A DNA stretch of 64,000 nucleotides from Antechinus flavipes (Eukaryota): contig NC_067399.1 of assembly GCF_016432865.1 (NCBI RefSeq), positions 607,972,001 to 608,036,000 on the forward strand, in the 5' to 3' direction. The notes below the pieces were generated by a model. It saw nothing but the letters and a program-made list of their open reading frames with translations. It ran no database searches and had not been told where the DNA came from. Of the stretch, positions 33,148-46,872 are shown piece by piece. Each line of letters begins with the position of its first letter. Position 1 is the stretch's first letter. The translations under genes were made by a program, and so were the position numbers.

Positions 33148-33595
33148 GTTATTATTATTATTATAGCTTTTTATTTATAAGATATATGCATGGATAATTT
33201 TTCATCATTGACGCTTGCAAAACCTTCTGTTCCAACTTTTCTCCTCCTTCTCCCCACCTCCTCCCCCAGATGGCAGATTGACCAATACATGTCAAATATG
33301 TTAAAGTATATGTTAAATACAATATATATGTACATGTTCATAGTTTTGCTGCACAAGAAAAATAGGACTTAGGAATAAAAAATCAAGCAGACAAAAACAG
33401 AAGGAGTGGAAATGCTATGTTGTAGTTCACACTCATTTCTCAGAGTTCTTTCGCTGGGTGTAGCTGCTTCTCTTCATTATTGAACAAATGGAACTGATTT
33501 GGTTCATATCATTGTTGAAGAGAGCCATGATCACCAGAATTGATCATCATATAGTATTGTTGTTGAAATATATAATGATCTCCTGGTCCTGCTCA
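33148..33595 (-). mobile_element. L1 3' UTR fragment with 12-bp TSD, within an L1 cluster (32730-34430)
   Basis: TTAAATGAGTAT at 33136-33147 and 33596-33607; further L1 3' pieces on + at about 33870-34030 and 34040-34420. Confidence 0.8.
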
Positions 33596-35437
33596 TTAAA
33601 TGAGTATATTTTTAAAGACTATAACTCCCTCAATCATTTTTCAGTGTTTAATAAAATTGGAAACAAAGAAGTTTCTCATCCAACAATGATTTGAATGGAA
33701 TATTATTATGTTGGAAGGAAGAGTGAATTTGAAAAATACCAAAAAGTATAGGAAGACTTATATGAATTGATGTAGGCTGAAGTGTACAGAATGAAAAAAA
33801 AATATACACAATGGTTGTAACATTGTAAAGGGAAAGAAAAACAACAAAACAATAATCAAAACAATGTGTTATGTGATGGACTTGGCTCTTTTCATCATTG
33901 AGATGATTCAGGCCAATTCCAATAAACTTATGATGGAGAGAGACATTTACATCCAGAGACAGGACTGTGGGAACTGAATATGGATCACAACATAGTATTT
34001 GTTGTTGTTGTTTGCTTGCTTGTTTTTTTCTTTCTCATTTTTCCCTTTTTGATCAGATTTTAGAAAGTCCTGGAAAGATTTCCAGGAACTGATGCTGAGC
34101 AAAACAAGCAGAACAAAGAATACATTGTACACAGTAACAGTGAGATTCTGAGATAATCAAATATGAAAGAGTTGGTTCTTCTCTGTGCTTCAGTGATCCA
34201 AGGCAATTCCAATAAACTTTGGATAGAAAACACCATTTGCATCCAGAAAAAGAACTATGGAGATTGAATGTAAATCAACATATACTATGTTCACTTCTTT
34301 TTTCTGTTTTTTTTTTTTCCTCTCTTGTGTTTTTCCCTTTTGCTCTGATTTTTCTCTCAAAACAATTCATAAAGAACTGTTTATTTTTTAAAAGTTAATA
34401 TACATGCATAACCAGAAAAATAAAAGTTTAAAAAGAGAGAAATGAATCTTTCACAACCAAAACATATCAATGTAAATTTAGTCTTTTAAAATTTCTAATG
34501 CTTACAACTTCACCATCTGAAAATTTTGTTTTAATTTTGTTTAAATTTGATCTCGAGATTAAACTTGTAACTTAATTTTCAGAAGAAATTATTTTCATCA
34601 TCTGCAAACATTCATTGAGACTCTTATAGAAACCAATTCCCTTACTAAGTGCTGGGGATAGGGGGAAGACAAAAAAGCAGAGGAAGGGATCCACCATCAA
34701 CATTTCCAGTCTTAGACTTTAGTACTCCAATCCTTTCCTCTTTCTTCTACTCATGCTATACTGAACTACTTGCTGTCCCCTGTGTATGCCTTATATTTTC
34801 TCAGTTCTGAACTTTTACTTATGCTTTTCTCTCTACCTAGAATATATTCTTCCTTCTACCTGTTGAATTCTTACTCATCTTTAAAACCCAAATTGAATAT
34901 AATTTCCTTCAGGAAACCTTCCTTGATCATTTCAACTGTTGAGTAATTATATGTTCTTTCCTTCCTCAAACCACAGACCACTTAATTTGCATGTCTCTGA
35001 TTCACTGATTCATTATTTGAAAGAATAGTTATTTAGGAATATGGTATCTTCTTACTTGATCGGACAGGTCATGTTTTATCAAAATCTCACATCTTCTCCA
35101 CAGTTTATTATGGTGCCTTGTACATGGTAAGAGCTTTATAAATATTTGTAGCATACAGGGAATTCTCTATATGAATGAATCCACAATTTGACTCCTATTA
35201 GCATTAAACATATCAGCATAGTCTTTATCCTTACAATATCTAGTCACCATCCATTGGAGATTGTTGTTGAATTTCACCCCATTCAATTAATGCTTCTCTA
35301 TATTAATCTCAGAATGGATTTTCCAAAAGCTTGCTAATAGTTACCCAGTGCTCTCTTCTCTTGCCAGTCATTGTTGGTAAACTTATTTCATGATGGATGC
35401 CTTTCCAGATTCAGGAATTCCATGTGTAGCCCCCTTC

Positions 35438-35590
35438 TTTTTTTTTTTTTTTACCCCTGAAGCAGTTGTGGTTAAGTGACTTGCTCAAGGTCATACAGCC
35501 AAGAAGTTTAAGTGTCTGAGACCAGATTTGAGCTCAGGTACTCCTGACTTCAGGGCTGGTGCTCTATTCACGCACCACCTAGATGCCCCC
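35438..35590 (-). mobile_element. WSINE1
   Basis: Poly-T, then GGTTAAGTGACTTGCTCAAGG...GCACCACCTAGATGCCCCC. Confidence 0.8.
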
Positions 35591-38359
35591 ATCCCTTATT
35601 TCTTAAAACACATGAGCAGTTGAAGGTAAAAGATAGGTAAAGATATAACCAAGACAAGGAAGCTGGAGATTTCTCCCAGGCTTCCCAACATCTGACTACG
35701 GGCATATATCTTCCCTCTTTCAGACATTTCTCATTTGGTTTATGGTCCTCTTCCATCTCTCATACAACCACCCTTTTTCTCCTCTTCTCTCCTCTCCAGG
35801 CTGCAACTCTCTGATGATCTTATTCCCATTTTACCCTTCTTCTCCTGTAATGACCGACTTAAGGTACAGTAAGCACATTACTGCATTCCTGGGTAAAGGG
35901 AGATAGATGATGGTCACAATTCTCTGCTTCCTACCTCCTCCTCCAGGCAGTTGGTGATGTGGGGGACAGGGAGGAGATTTCCAGGGTTATTGGCTTTAGT
36001 CTTTTGAAGACAGTTTAATGTTCCCTGACCCAATTATTGGTAAATGGAGAGAATTTCACTCCTCACTCTGATTTCAGTGAAGGTGATGGCTGGTTCCTTG
36101 TGCCCACCAAAGTAAGATCATGAGATCTTCTTGCACTAAAGCAAAACCCATCTTGCTGTATTTTTCTCTTGGGGGGCTACTCTTTATAGCACAGATAAGA
36201 AGTCTTGTGCCCCCAAGGAAATTCTTCCCTGCAGATCTTTTCCCTTGCCACTAGACACAAATGGCTCTAGAGGGGAAAGTGCACAGCCCTCCCTCACTTC
36301 AATCCAATTCACTTGCATGTCATAGCATCATCTCCCTGATGTCATGGTCCTCTTTGAGAATAAAGGACAAACCATCATTGCCAATTATAGCTCCAGGGAC
36401 GGGAAGATAGCAAGAGTGTATACAAGTTGTCCTTCAACTTCTACCTTCCATCCCACAGTTCTACAATTGTCTGCTAGCTCAGCATGCTTAGGCTCCTTAG
36501 GGTCCACAGGAATGTGACAGTGTATACCCTTTGCAATCCCAGTTCTGGCTCTCTCCCCTTTTGGTGCTGCCCAGGGAAGGGTGGAATGAAGGAGGGGAAA
36601 GAAGAGTCAGTCCATAGAAATGACTTACGGGTAGACTATTCTGCACTCTCAGCTTTTCTGCCCTCAGCACGATGTTTATGGAAATGGAATGTAGGAATTT
36701 CTGAGCCGATCAGTTGACACACAGCAAGCTACCTTAGTGTCCTGCCTCTGTTTGCTTCCTGGTGGTCAGAGTCCTGTTCTCAGAAGCTGGTTGTAAAAAC
36801 AAATGGGGAAATTTATAACTGCAACACTCCCAGTCATGACTGAGATTTGTTCTATGACAGAGACACAACATTATCTTTATATTTAATATATCTTTATCTT
36901 TAATAATAATAAGCTTTATCTTTATCCTTATCTTTAATAATAATAATAATCATAAAAATAAGAAGTAGTAGTAGCAGTAGTAATAACGGGGGGGAGGTAG
37001 TACAGGTATAATACTCAAATATTGACCACTCAATACTCAAAATGGACCAAGAGGGTCCATTGGGGCCCATATTGTGTTAGAAACCCAAAATTTTACAATT
37101 TCTATGTTTAATTATATTTTTTCTTTTCCCCCTAACATTTTTGAATTACATTTAAATCTGATTCAGACTGTACATGGAATTGTTGCTAATCACAATTTCA
37201 ACATCTTTGGTGTTGTGGATAATTTGGGTTTCAATTCTATTTCTGATATTTATTAGCTGGTCCTAAGCAAGTCACTTAATCTCTGGTCCTTCCTTATTTT
37301 CCTTATCTATAAAATAAAATTAGCACTCAATTTCTAAGGTCTCTTCAAAATTCTAGATCTATGATGCTATGAACCAAAAGGCAGTCATTTCTAAGCAGCA
37401 TTCCCATAAGAAAGGAGAGATCTTGTTTGGTAGGGGTCTCTTGGATGGGTGGGGGCAGGGGATAAAAATTATCAGGCTTCCCAGATCTTTGCTCCTCTTT
37501 AAGGACTCTGGGTAGGTCAGATTTCACCAAAGAATTTATAGTGCAGACTGACGCCTCTGAGCTTGGAATCATCTCAGCACTAAGTGGCGCGTCTGAGGAG
37601 GGACGGGCACTGTCTTCTCTCTCTAAGCCAGGAATTGTTTACCAGAGAAGAAAAATGCACTCTCACTGAAAAGGAATGCTTGGCAAGGAAATGGCCTCTG
37701 AAGGCATTGCAGGATCGCTCACCAGGGAGTTAGTGTGGGTTGGTAAAAGATCAAGCCGTTAACCCAGGTAAAGCCTATGAAAGCACTGGGAGGCTGTGCT
37801 CTCTGATCTCTAAGGGACTGTTAAGACAGAGGACAGTAATTTTAACATGCTGGTTATGTTGTTTTCTACCACCCAGGATCTTGATGGACAGTGCCCCTTT
37901 ATCTAGGAAAACCACGTGGCAAAATGAAAACAAACAAACAAATAAATCAGGAAATGAATTGGAGAAAAAGGAGGCTTAATTTCTTCACATGAATTTCTCC
38001 TGTCCATCTAGTTCAATTTGGTATCTTGTCTAAAGCCTTCTTCCAAAACCACTTCATGGTCCTATGCTTTCAGCGATACCAATGGTTGCCTGCCAGGACA
38101 TTTAGAGGAACTGAAGAAAGAGAGTTAGTGAATGTCCTTATTTGGTGGCTTCCCGAAGCCTCCCTGTATCTTCCTCCTCCCTTTTTCAGGACCTGAGAAG
38201 TTGGTCAGCTGAGGCACACATTCCCCAGCTCCTGTCCTTGAGATTGTCACCGTAAACCCCAAAGCTTCTCTGCTCCCAATCCATTCTCAGGCCCTTCATC
38301 CCTTGGTCTGACACTTGGCCCCTAAGCTGTGAAGACAAACAGATAATATCCAAGTGGCC

Positions 38360-38830
38360 TCTCCCTCCCTCCCTCCTTCTCTCCTTCCCTTCCTTCCCTC
38401 CCTTCCTCCCTCCCTTTCTCTCTCTCTCTCTCTTCCTCTCCCTCTCCCTCCCCCTCTATCTCTGTCTGTCTTTGTCTTTATCTTCCCTCCTCCCATTTTC
38501 TCTGAATTCCTGACTGTATATCTCTCTGTGTCTTTCTCCCCCTCTTGCCTTTCTTCCCCTTCTTTTTCTTTGTTTCTGTATGTCTCTCTGTCTGTCTTTC
38601 TATGTCTCTGTCTCTGTCTCTCCCCCCTCTTCCCATTTTCTCTGAATTCATATCTGTTTCTCTCTCTCTTTCTCTCTCTATTTCTCTTTCCCTTTCTCTC
38701 TGTGTGTCTCTGTCTGTCTGTCTGTCTCTCTCTCTCTCCTATGTGTATGTTTGTTCTCTATCTCATTATCTCATCTTTCTATCACTATGTTTCTGTCTCT
38801 CTGTGTGTTTTTCTCTCCTTTCCATACACT
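38360..38830. repeat. Complex polypyrimidine tract (CCTT/CT/CTGT)
   Basis: About 470 nt of nearly pure T/C on +; similar tract at 41720-41958. Confidence 0.9.
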
Positions 38831-39669
38831 ATTTATTTTCTTGGGAAGTAAATTAAGGAGAAAATCTAGAGGTGATATAGTTTGGAGCTCATCATTTTAA
38901 AAGGGCTCCTTTCATGGCAAATCACATCTCTGAACCCAGGACAAATATAAAAACAAATAAAAAACCTTAAAAACAGCTTTTCTCTCCTTAGCAAAATGTG
39001 TCTGAAAAGTTCCAGGGGTTCTTCAGTATAAACTTCAGTATTAACAGTCTGGTAGTCATCTGTCTCATATGGCATTAACAATCCTTATCAAAGTAGGAAG
39101 AGCAAGTGATAATAGTGGCCTGTGATGCTGCTTCTGGGGATGACTGAGGCTGGTGGATCTCTTAAGCTCCAGAATTCTGAGATGCTGGAGGGCTTAAAGC
39201 TAAAATCATGAATACTAAATTCAGCTCCAGGATAGAGAAATAAGGCTCAACTAAGGAGGCTGTTCAAACTACCTAATGAGGGATTAACTGGCCCAAATCA
39301 CATTGAAGCAGCTGAAAACTTCCTTGCACTTTAGCAATGGGATCTGGCAAGTCAATGGTTGCTGCATTTCTAGTTTGAGAGAGAGAAAAGGAGACCTAAT
39401 TTTTAAAATAGGCAAACATAAGTTAAATAAATTAGATTAATTTAAAACTAATATAAATTAAATAATTGTACAAATGAATATATAAATAATTAATTACTAT
39501 TGCTCTTAATTATTTACTAAATATGAATTACTTCCCTGCTCCCTATTAATCCAGGCCTTATCTAGCCAGTTTTCCTTGGTAATATATAAATCAGGAAGAG
39601 ATAAATTGGAATTCTATGTTGGAAGACATCAAATATTTTTGGAAGGGTTAAATATATATTTGTATGTGT

Positions 39670-39674
<5 letters not shown>

Positions 39675-39710
<36 letters not shown>
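39675..39710. repeat. (CA)n microsatellite
   Basis: Direct reading. Confidence 0.98.
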
Positions 39711-39712
<2 letters not shown>

Positions 39713-40854
39713 CATTTCTCCTGGAGAAATAACAATCATTTTATAGATAGAAATATCACAGCATCTCCAGGAAAAATGCAGCCCCAGTTATTCCTTGGAA
39801 GCTCCTCTTCAGGAAGTTTTCAAGAGTTCTTTGCATGTGCCAGTTGAAATGATGGTTCTGTGAATTTCCCCTCAATAGAATCTCATTACTACATTAGAAA
39901 ATGCCAAATCAATCACAGTGTGGAGAAAGGTTGATAGATTTTAGCAGTGGCCCAGGGAACAGAGCTGGGAAGTGGAATGGGGGAGTTATTTGTTCCCCCA
40001 AAGAAAATCCCAGCCAGTCAGAGACCCAGAGACTTTGAAAGCGAGACAACTTCACAAATTCCTAATAAAGTTCACCATAGTTTAAATTCAGTTTGAATTG
40101 AGCGTGAGAATAACTAGGATTCACCTTATATCTTTGTGTACATGAGGGAAGATTGCTCCAAAAAAATTCCTAATTACCTTTAGTTCTTAAAGAGTTTCTA
40201 GCAGTGACACAACCTGGGTAGGGCTTAAATATAAATAAGATAATTTAGCAGAAGAAAGGCTCAGGAAGAGTCAATAAAAAGAAGCTCAGGGTCAGAGTGA
40301 ATCTCCAGGTGTAGATATTGTAAATTTCTTACAATTGTAAAATTGTGTAATTGATATTTTAAGTGAGTTTAATACACAGGCCCATAGATTGAAAGTTGGA
40401 AGGGAATTTAGAAACCTTGTAGCCCTATTCCCTCTAGAACTAAAAACTGAGGCTCAAAAAGGTAAATCAATTTGCCAAAAGTGATTTCAATTCAGTGCAA
40501 CAATTCATTAAGTCATTCTTTCCTGCCAAATACCTTGTGAAGTGCTAAGGATATACAAACAAAATAGTTCTTGCCCTCATGGGGTTTATATTCTATCTGG
40601 TTATAATCGAATCCTATAGCTTTAGAACTGATTTAGATTTTAGAGATCATTTGGTCCAACCCTCTGGACCAAGGTCATTTCAATTTAATCCAACAATTGA
40701 CTAAGCACCTACTGTGCACCAGGCACCATACTACAAAATTAAGAAGTTAGTCAACAATCACTTATTAGTTAATTGCTGGATGCTGGGGGTAGAAAGAAGG
40801 GCAAAAGAAAGTTTCTGCTCTCAGAGGGCTTATAATCTAATGGAAGAGACAAAT

Positions 40855-40910
40855 AGAAAAGAAAAGAAAAGAAAAGAAAAGAAAAGAAAAGAAAAGAAAA
40901 GAAAAGAAAA
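40855..40910. repeat. (AAAAG)n microsatellite
   Basis: Direct reading. Confidence 0.98.
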
Positions 40911-41958
40911 ATTAGGTAAAATAAGTTAAAAGATAAATTGGAAATAATCAACAGAAGAGAGGAACTAGCATTAAGAGGAACCAGGAAAAGCATCCTAGAA
41001 GATGGATTTTAAAGACAAAAATGAAAATGTCCCTGCCCTCAAGGAGCTTACATTCTAGTGAGGAAAAAACAGAATGTGCACGGATAAGCAAGAATAAACT
41101 ATAGCAAATACTAAGTAAAAACAAAGCAATTTGGGAGGGAGAAGACTTGATATTACAGGGTGTTTAATGAGTAAAAGACAATGTGATGTAATAAAAACAA
41201 CACTGGTCTTTGAGTGACCTGAATTCAAGTCCTGACTATGGCATGAGTGAACTTGACTGTTAGTCACTGTTAGCCAGTTTCTTCATCTTTAAAATGGCAA
41301 TTAAAATAATTCTTCTATGACTCTTCTCACAGAGTTGCTGTGAACAAAAGTGCTCTGCAAACTATATGAACCATAGAAATAAGATGTTATAGTTACTAGT
41401 CCCTTTTGAATACAGAAAATTTGTATTTCTTTTAAATATGATTCCTGGGAATTTATTCCATAATCTATATTACACATATTCACTGGATTGGAAAAAGGGG
41501 TCTATATCTGATTTCCTTTCAACATATTCTCCTTTTCCCCTTCAACCCTTTTTGTCTGGAAGGTTGGAATAGAAGGTTAGAACCTAGAAGATACTTTTCT
41601 ACAAAATGATTCAATGATTAAAACCGATACTCTGAGTCTCTGGGAAATGAGCCAAGGAGAAGGAAGACTGCTGAGCTATTATCCAGGAAATCTTTGACTC
41701 TGTCCAGGTGGGGTTTAAATTTCTCTCTTTTTTTCCCTTTCTTTTTCTCCCTCTCTACCTCACTCTTCTAACTTTTCTCTCTCCTTTCCTCCTTCCCTCC
41801 CTTCCTCCCTCTCCCTGTCTCTATGTGTTTGTCTCTCTTTCTTCCTCCATCCCTCTCCTTCTTTCCTTCTTTTTCCTTTTTTTCCTTCCTCTCTCCTTCC
41901 CTTTTCACTTCATTCACTTTCTTCCTTTTCTTCCTTCCTTCCTTCATTTCCTCCTTTC

Positions 41959-42137
41959 NNNNNNNNNNNNNNNNNNNNNNNNNNNNNNNNNNNNNNNNNN
42001 NNNNNNNNNNNNNNNNNNNNNNNNNNNNNNNNNNNNNNNNNNNNNNNNNNNNNNNNNNNNNNNNNNNNNNNNNNNNNNNNNNNNNNNNNNNNNNNNNNNN
42101 NNNNNNNNNNNNNNNNNNNNNNNNNNNNNNNNNNNNN
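41959..42137. other. Assembly gap
   Basis: N run adjoining a polypyrimidine tract. Confidence 0.99.
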
Positions 42138-45100
42138 CTCTCAAGCCTTTCTTAGCCAAGCTGCCTTGTCTCATTTGTGTGCATGCGTGCGTGTGTGTGT
42201 GCCACTGCTTCTACTGTGATGCATTTTCTATTGAAAGAGTCGATGCTGAGGGATGCCCAAATATGGTCAATGATTGGAGAGGGGGCTGAGTTCACTGAAG
42301 CAAAAGCTAGTGCGGTCACTGGTGCCCATATTCAATGCAATGGGAAACACAAACACATTGCACACCTTTAATCTGGAGATGGCAGAGTGAGTGAGGAATA
42401 GATTGCAGTGGTCCTAAATTGCAGAGCTATAGTGATTCTCTGTAGGCAGCCTCCCCTCTCTAGGAACCATAGTAATCTTCATTCTTATATTTCATAGAGA
42501 TACGAATGAAGAATTCAAGGGTCCTTAGAGAGATCTAGTTCAACCCTATCAGTTTACAGATGAGGAAACTGAGGCACAAAGAGTTAATTATTTTGATCAG
42601 GGCTACCCAGGTATTAATTAGCAGATTAGGCTTTGAACCCAGATCTTCTGAATTATTTAAATGGCAGCTAGATGGTATAGTGGATAGAGTTGTATGATCA
42701 TGGGCAAGTCACTTAAACCTGTTTGGCTCAGTTTCCTCATCTGTAAAATGAGCAGGAGAATGAAATGGCAAACCCCATTAGCATCTTTGTAAAAAAAAAA
42801 AAAACCCTAATCGAGTCATAAAGAATAAGAAATGGCTGAACAAAAAAGGACTTTAAATTCAACAGTCTTCCTATTATAACCAATTTATTGCTGGTATTAC
42901 ACTTATAATCATTTAGCTGCACGCTTATGGAGAGCATGGCCCAGGGAAAGACAATTGGACTTGGAATTAGGAGAGCCTTGGGTTCAAATCCTGCCTCAAA
43001 ATCATATTAGTTATTTGATACTTAACAGTCCACTCAACCACATGAAGCCTCAGTTTCCTCATTTGTAAAATGGGGATGTTAATACCAACAATATTTCTTT
43101 CTTTTAGATGTGAATGCTAAATGAAATAATGTACATAAGATGTTTTCCATTCTTTAAGGAGCAATGTAAATGTCAAAAGATTCAATGGATTTTTGTGTGT
43201 GTCTTGCGTCTCCTACTGCTTTGGGGGCATCTAACTGGGTTGTCAGTAGATATCTTAAATTTAACTTTTTAAAACTTAATTCATTATCTCCAAATCCCGC
43301 CCATTGCTTCCCAGTGAAAAATTAGTCACTCTGCATGTGTGTATGTGTGTGTGTGTGTGTGTGTGTATACATGTTTTTACTGTAAGTCATTTTTTACTGG
43401 GGAAGCAATGGGGGAGCAATGTGCATGTATATGTTTGTACACACACATTGCTGTGTGTACACACACACACACACACACACACACACTTAATCTCAATTCT
43501 TTCCCTCATCCAAATTTCCCTATTCCTGTTGAAGGCATTGCCATCCTCCCAATCACTCATAATCCCCTCTCTCTCAATTTCATAATCCCCATAAGTATGT
43601 AACTAAATCATCATAAATGAAATACCAACAATAAATTGGATAATAGGATTGTTGAATTTAGACTCCAAGGTTTTGCTGTTGTTGTTCAGTCATTTTCTAC
43701 TATTTGTGGATACATTGGGGTTTTCTCAGCAAAGATATTGGAGGAGTCTGCTATTTCCTTCTTCAGCTCATTTTACAGATGTGGAAAATGAGGCAAACAG
43801 GGTGAAGTGACTTGCTTAGGGTCACACTCAATCTCTTAACTCTTTCACCACCACCACCACCACCACCCATTTCCAATCTGTGGCCAAGTCCTGTTGTTTC
43901 TACCTTCGTAGCATCTTTTATATATTCTCCCACTCTTACCCCCCTGGAGCACCTTGAAATACTTCAATAGCCTTCTTTTAAAATTTTTATTTTTTCTGTA
44001 TTTTTCTCTTTCTGTATTTAATTTTTTAAAATTCTTTTTCTTGTTCAATAACTTTCTGATTTGTCTCACTGCCTCTTCCCACTTCAGTCCATCTTCTACT
44101 CACCTGTTAAGACACTCTTCCTAAAAAAAAGTCTATGTCCTTCCCTGACACTCTCATTCAATAAGTTTCAATAGCTCCCTATTACCTGCAGAATCGAATA
44201 CAAAATCTCTGAGTTTTAAAGCTCTTCATAATCTGGCCCCTTCCTACCATTCCATCTTCTTATACTTCATTCTTCTATTTTTACTTTGTAAGCCATTGGT
44301 GATGTCCTCCTTGACACTCTACTTTATCATTCAGTATTTTCACTGACTGTTCTCATGCCTGGAATGATTTCTTCTTGGAAGAATACGGACATGAGTCACA
44401 TGGCATTGACAAGCCTATATGAATTGCCATCTGTATCATTGGAAGTAATGAGCAAATCAATGAGATCAAATCAAGTTAAGTTCATAGGCATCTAATTATT
44501 AAGTACCCACCATGTGCCAGGTACTATGCAAAACAAAGAGAATCATTAAAGGAGCTCACATTGGAACGGAAGATAATATACAAATAACTATGTACAAATA
44601 AGATAAATGGGAAATAAGAAAGGGAAGACACTAGCATTAAGGGGTATCCAGAATGGCTTCTTATAAAAGATTAAATTTTAACTGGGACCTTAAAGGAGTT
44701 AGGGAAAACCAAGAGGTAGAGAAGGGAAGGCAATAATTCAAGAATCTGTAATTGCCTCAGTCTGGTCACCCATTCCCCTAACAAGTTCCAACCCTGTGGT
44801 ATCTTAATAAAAAGTCTTTGAGAGCTGTTTTAGTTAAAAAACAACAACCACAACAACAAACCCTCCCTTTGTGCAGACTTGATAATGATCCTCGTATTTA
44901 AAAAATTAAGTAATCTTATTTATAGTAAATCTATTAGGATGAAGAAAGTCGAGTAAAATTGCCTCAATTGTGGGAAACTTTTTAAAAAAGAAAACCCAAC
45001 TAAATATATATAGATATGTAAAATCAAGAAAATTGGCCCATTAAGTTCTGAAATCTAAAGAATTCTGAATTTGTCTCTCATCATTCAATGCCTAAAACTG

Positions 45101-46637
45101 GATACATTCAAGTACTTTGCCTTCAAAAATGAAGAATAATTGTCTCCTTGAGTTTTAGCTTGAGTTTTAAATCTTTTCCCAGAAGATTCCATATACTAAA
45201 AACAATTTTAAGAAGCCTATAGGAAAAGAACTTTTTATTAACCAATTTTGCTTTCCCTAAAGTGTTTCTGGGAACTCATTTATATAAAATTGTGCTAAAA
45301 GCTGCAGAAAATATTCAAGATGGACAGCACTCCAACTGCAAGGATCACCATATCATTAGCTCTGTAGGAAATGAAAAAGCTTCAACATAAAAAATGTGCC
45401 TTTCCTTCCCCACCCCCAACCTCAAATTTTGGGATTTTCTGAGAAGCATTGCCTACAATTCATGGAGACTATTTACATCAGAGATGTTTCCTTAAATTAT
45501 TCTTTTGTTATGGGAGTTCTTAACTTGGATTTAGGTCCCTGTTCTTTTTTTTTTTTTTTAATCATTTTGAAAAATGTGATTCAAATAATTGATTTCCTTT
45601 CTAATCCTATGTATTTTATTTTACTTATTTAAAAACATTATTCTGAGAAAGGCTCCACAGATTTCACCAGTCAAATGACAAAAAAAAAAAAAAGATTATA
45701 AAGTCCTGCTCTGATTATAATAAAACAACAGTGGCAACATATCTGTATTGCTCTTTGCAGTTACAAATTGTTTATCTATATTATTGTGTTTCAAAGAATC
45801 ACAGAATTTCCAAGTTGGAATGGACCTAAAAAAAAAAAAAACTACAAAAACAGTCAAAGTTTCTTCTGCAATGTTCTTTTCCTATGGTCATCCAGCTTCA
45901 GTCCCAGTCTTCCAGGGAGGGGGAACCTACTACTTATATTCTCAAGCAACAATTCCACTTTTATATAATTCTGTTAGAAATTTCTTCTTTCTATCAAATT
46001 CAAATCTTCCTCTTTACAACTTCTATCCATTGCTGAGTGCCCTGGTTCGATGTTATGGGGATAACTTCAACAAACCAAATCCTTCTCCACCATCACCCCC
46101 CATCCCCAATAGTTTTTCACATATTTGAAGAAAATTATTATGTCCTCCCAAGTCTTCTCTTCTCCAGATTACATCCTCAGTTCCTTCAACCTATCTTTAT
46201 GTCCCTAGTATTTTAAGAGTTTTTGTCATCATACCTCCAGGTATGCTCTAGCTCATCAATATCCTTCCTATAATATGACCCTATAATATAACACAATATT
46301 CCAGATATCCTCTGTCCAGGGAGAGGATAGAGAGATGATTACCTTTTATGTTCTTGACTATGTTTTTTATTTTCCAGAAGACTAAAATTGCATTAATTTT
46401 CTTGGCTATGGTAGTTGACTCATGTTGAATTTTCAGTCAGTTAAAACCTCTAGATCACTTTTTACAAAAATCTTGTCTGGCCATGCCATTGAAGTTGATC
46501 TTGAGTCCAATTGTCAGACTTTACATTTCTCCTACTATTTATATTACTCCTATTCTCCTCTAAAATAATCAATTTATTAGATTAAATTTATCATTCTAGC
46601 TTGTATCTTTGGATCCTGTCTGAGCAAAAGTACTATC

Positions 46638-46872
46638 TTTTTTTTTTTAATATATAAATATTTTATTTTATTTTATAATAACTTTATATTGACAGAATCC
46701 ATGCCAGGGTAATTTTTTTACAACATTATCCCTTGCACTCACTTCTGTTCCGATTTTTCCCCTCCCTCCCTCCACCCCCTCCCCTAGATGGCAAGCAGTC
46801 CTATATATGTTAGATATGTTGCAGTATATCCTAGATACAAGATATGTTTGCAGAACCGAGCAGTTCTCTTGT
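46638..46872 (-). mobile_element. Young L1 3' tail with perfect 17-bp TSD
   Basis: TGAGCAAAAGTACTATC at 46621-46637 and 46873-46889; poly-T on +. Confidence 0.9.

Noticed and set aside
38296-38856. Long 165-aa and 103-aa S/L-rich ORFs
   Set aside because: Stop-free because of the polypyrimidine tract; no splice or homology support.
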